From an uncultured Pelagibacteraceae bacterium (GTDB taxonomy: Bacteria; Pseudomonadota; Alphaproteobacteria; Pelagibacterales; AG-422-B15): a DNA stretch of 64,000 nt. Position 1 is the first letter of the stretch; each line of letters starts with the position of its first letter. A model generated the notes under the pieces. The model had not been told where the DNA came from. It did not search any database and worked only from the letters and a program-made list of their open reading frames with translations. The DNA lies in assembly GCA_902521655.1 (NCBI GenBank), contig CABYSM010000002.1, positions 3,575 to 67,574 of the forward strand, read 5' to 3'. Shown one piece after another: positions 61,513-64,000 of the stretch. The position numbers were made by a program, and so were the translations under genes.

Positions 61513-62202
61513 ATGAGAACAGGAATTATCGCAAAAAAAATAGGTATGAGTAACTTGTATACGCAAAGTGGAACAAATATTCCAGTGACTGTCTTGCATA
61601 TTGATCAATGTCAGATAGTTGAAAGAGTTGACTCTACAGACACTAATGCTGACAAAGTTTTAGTCGGAGCATGTAAATTAAAAAAGGTTAATAAGGCTCA
61701 AAAAGGATTTTTTGAAAAGAAAAAGAGTGAGGCCTTTAGGTATCTCAGAGAATTTTCAATAGATAAAGACACTGAATTAAAGTCAGGAGACCAATTGAAT
61801 GCTAGTCATTTTCAGGAAGGCCAATTTATCGATGTGTCTGGTTTCACAAAGGGTAAAGGATTTGCTGGAGTGATGAAAAGACATAACTTTTCAGGCTTGA
61901 GAGCCTCACATGGAGTTTCTGTATCTCATAGAAGCGCTGGTTCAACAGGACAGTGTCAGGATCCTGGTAAGGTCTTTAAAGGAAAAAAAATGGCTGGACA
62001 GTATGGCGATGTTCATAAAACACTGCAAAATTTACAAGTAGTAAAAGTTGATGAAGCGAAAAATATTATTTGCGTAAAGGGAGCTACTCCTGGTGCGCGA
62101 GGAACATGGCTAGTGGTTGAAGACTCTATCAAGAGAAATGATATTAAAGAAGTTGAAGGTACTTCTGCACAAGCAGAAAAATCAACTAAAAAGGATAAAT
62201 AG
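61513..62202 (+). CDS. rplC: 50S ribosomal protein L3
   Basis: KGKGFAGVMKRHNF, SHGVSVSHRSAGSTG. Confidence 0.98.
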   Translation: MRTGIIAKKIGMSNLYTQSGTNIPVTVLHIDQCQIVERVDSTDTNADKVLVGACKLKKVNKAQKGFFEKKKSEAFRYLREFSIDKDTELKSGDQLNASHFQEGQFIDVSGFTKGKGFAGVMKRHNFSGLRASHGVSVSHRSAGSTGQCQDPGKVFKGKKMAGQYGDVHKTLQNLQVVKVDEAKNIICVKGATPGARGTWLVVEDSIKRNDIKEVEGTSAQAEKSTKKDK

Positions 62203-62204
62203 GA

Positions 62205-62825
62205 ATGCAACTAGAGCTAAATAAAATGAACGGCAAGAGCACAGAATCTATGGAGCTTAATGAAGCCATCTTTAATTTAAAACCAGATTTTTCAGTTATT
62301 AGTTCTCTTGTAAGATGGAATGAGTCTAATAAAAAACCTCTTCGCGCTAGGACCAAAAATCGTTCCGAAGTTGCAGGTACAACACAGAAATTGGGTAGGC
62401 AAAAAGGTGGTGGTGGAGCAAGACATGGTTCTAAGAAGGCAAATATATTTAGAAGTGGTGGTATGGCACATAATCTAAGGGGAGTAAGATCATTAAAGAA
62501 ACTTCCAAAACGCCTAAGAAACCTGGCTGTTAAGCATATATTATCCGAAAAAGTAAAATGTAATGATCTAATTTTAATCGATGAACTCAAGATCGCTGAG
62601 CCAAAAACTAAGATCTTAAAGAACTATTTGGACAAACAAAAAATTAACTCTGCACTGTTTTTAGAAGGGGATACGCCTAACCAAAATTTGTCTCTCGCAG
62701 CAAGAAATCTAAAGGACATTAAGTACTTGAGTGTTAAATCTGTGAATGCTCTTGATCTTTTGAGACATCAGAAATTGATCATAAGTAAAGATGCATTAGC
62801 CCAACTAGAAAAGAATTATAAATAA
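62205..62825 (+). CDS. rplD: 50S ribosomal protein L4
   Basis: TKNRSEV, RQKGGGGARHGS, ARNL. Confidence 0.96.
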   Translation: MQLELNKMNGKSTESMELNEAIFNLKPDFSVISSLVRWNESNKKPLRARTKNRSEVAGTTQKLGRQKGGGGARHGSKKANIFRSGGMAHNLRGVRSLKKLPKRLRNLAVKHILSEKVKCNDLILIDELKIAEPKTKILKNYLDKQKINSALFLEGDTPNQNLSLAARNLKDIKYLSVKSVNALDLLRHQKLIISKDALAQLEKNYK

Positions 62826-62826
62826 A

Positions 62827-63120
62827 ATGACTAGTATTAAAGATTTTAAAACAATTATTAAGCCTATTATTACTGAGAAGTCTTCTTTGGGTGCAGAATT
62901 TAATCAAGTTACTTTTCAAGTTGATAAAACTAGCAATAAGAAAGAAATAAAAACTGCAATAGAAAATATATTTAAAGTAAAAGTAAAAAAAGTGAACACT
63001 TCAATAGTAAAGGGTAAGCTAAAAGCATTTAGGGGTTCGCTTGGAAAACGCTCTGATTACAAGAAAGCTTTTGTAACTCTTGAAGAAGGTCAAACAATTG
63101 ATTTGAATGCGGGAGTATAA
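62827..63120 (+). CDS. rplW: 50S ribosomal protein L23
   Basis: PIITEKS, F.VKVKKVNT, KKAFVTL. Confidence 0.97.
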   Translation: MTSIKDFKTIIKPIITEKSSLGAEFNQVTFQVDKTSNKKEIKTAIENIFKVKVKKVNTSIVKGKLKAFRGSLGKRSDYKKAFVTLEEGQTIDLNAGV

Positions 63121-63126
63121 TAAAAA

Positions 63127-63969
63127 ATGCCTTTAAAAAAATTCAGACCAAATACACCGGGAACACGCGGATTAACACTTGTTGATAAAAAAGGTTTATG
63201 GACTGGTAAACCAGTGAAGTCTCTTACTGTTGGCCTTTCGAAAAAAGGTGGAAGAAATAATACAGGCAGAATTACAATGAGACGAAAAGGTGGTGGACAC
63301 AAAGCAAAATATAGAATTATTGATTTTAAAAGAAATAATACAGGTAGTGCAACTGTTGATAGAATTGAATATGATCCGAATAGATCTTCTTACATTGCAC
63401 TAATTACATACACTGACGGAACAAAAAACTATATATTGGCACCAAAGGATTTAAAAGCTGGTGACCAAGTTATATCCGGTGAAAAAAAAGAAATCAGGAT
63501 TGGCAATTGCATGCCCATGTCTGACATCCCAGTTGGAATAGATATACATAATATTGAGTTAAAAATTGGAAGTGGTGCACAGTTAGCTAGATCTGCTGGT
63601 TCCTCTACACAGATTGTTGGCAAGTCTGACGGATACGTAGCCATTAAGCTGCCCTCTGGTGAGCAAAGAAAAGTAAGAGAAGAATGCAGAGCTACAATTG
63701 GTGTTCTGTCAAATATTGATAAGAAAAACCAAAAATTAGGAAAAGCTGGAAGAAAAAGATGGTTAGGCGTTAGACCATCAGTAAGAGGTGTGGCTATGAA
63801 TCCAATTGATCACCCTCATGGTGGAGGAGAAGGTAAAACATCTGGCGGTCGAGATCCTGTTACTCCATGGGGAAAACCAACTAAGGGAAAAAAGACAAGA
63901 AATAATAAAAGAACGGATAAATTTATTATTAAGAGAAAAACTGACAAAAAAGCAAGGATAGAGGTTTAA
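63127..63969 (+). CDS. rplB: 50S ribosomal protein L2
   Basis: [34 protein letters not shown]. Confidence 0.99.
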   Translation: MPLKKFRPNTPGTRGLTLVDKKGLWTGKPVKSLTVGLSKKGGRNNTGRITMRRKGGGHKAKYRIIDFKRNNTGSATVDRIEYDPNRSSYIALITYTDGTKNYILAPKDLKAGDQVISGEKKEIRIGNCMPMSDIPVGIDIHNIELKIGSGAQLARSAGSSTQIVGKSDGYVAIKLPSGEQRKVREECRATIGVLSNIDKKNQKLGKAGRKRWLGVRPSVRGVAMNPIDHPHGGGEGKTSGGRDPVTPWGKPTKGKKTRNNKRTDKFIIKRKTDKKARIEV

Positions 63970-63971
63970 AA

Positions 63972-64000
63972 ATGACGAGATCTGTTTGGAAAGGGCCATT
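63972..64000 (+). CDS. rpsS: 30S ribosomal protein S19 (first 9 codons; runs off window)
   Basis: ATG at 63972 gives MTRSVWKGP, immediately after rplB. Confidence 0.9.

Overview
AT-rich, densely packed chromosomal segment (many 0-15 nt gaps) from what looks like a streamlined marine alphaproteobacterium. The evidence is an MARITVEDC-type RpoZ, a zeta-subunit/DUF1476 gene in the pur cluster, a class II DAHP synthase and a proteorhodopsin. A SAR11-adjacent/AEGEAN-169(HIMB59)-like origin is an inference, not a test result. The left two-thirds hold mixed housekeeping and metabolism: two acyl-CoA dehydrogenase pairs, a cobalamin riboswitch-btuB-small membrane protein unit, glmU/glmS, nadE-gltX-cysS-cimA, purL/Q/S/C/B and a blue-tuned proteorhodopsin. 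A roughly 7 kb accessory-looking block lies between tRNA-Leu and tRNA-Thr. It contains a passenger-less inverse-autotransporter barrel plus a secreted Cys-containing partner, NAD kinase, glpK, a class II aldolase, an NAD-dependent formate dehydrogenase and a His-box hydroxylase. The right third is the tRNA-Tyr/Gly-tuf-tRNA-Trp-secE-nusG-rplKAJL-rpoBC-rpsLG-fusA-S10 supercluster, with no tuf after fusA. I saw no CRISPR, integrase or IS. The best candidates for an undescribed system are the two-gene barrel plus secreted-protein islet (37523-39274) and the B12 riboswitch-btuB-solitary S-component-like uptake unit.
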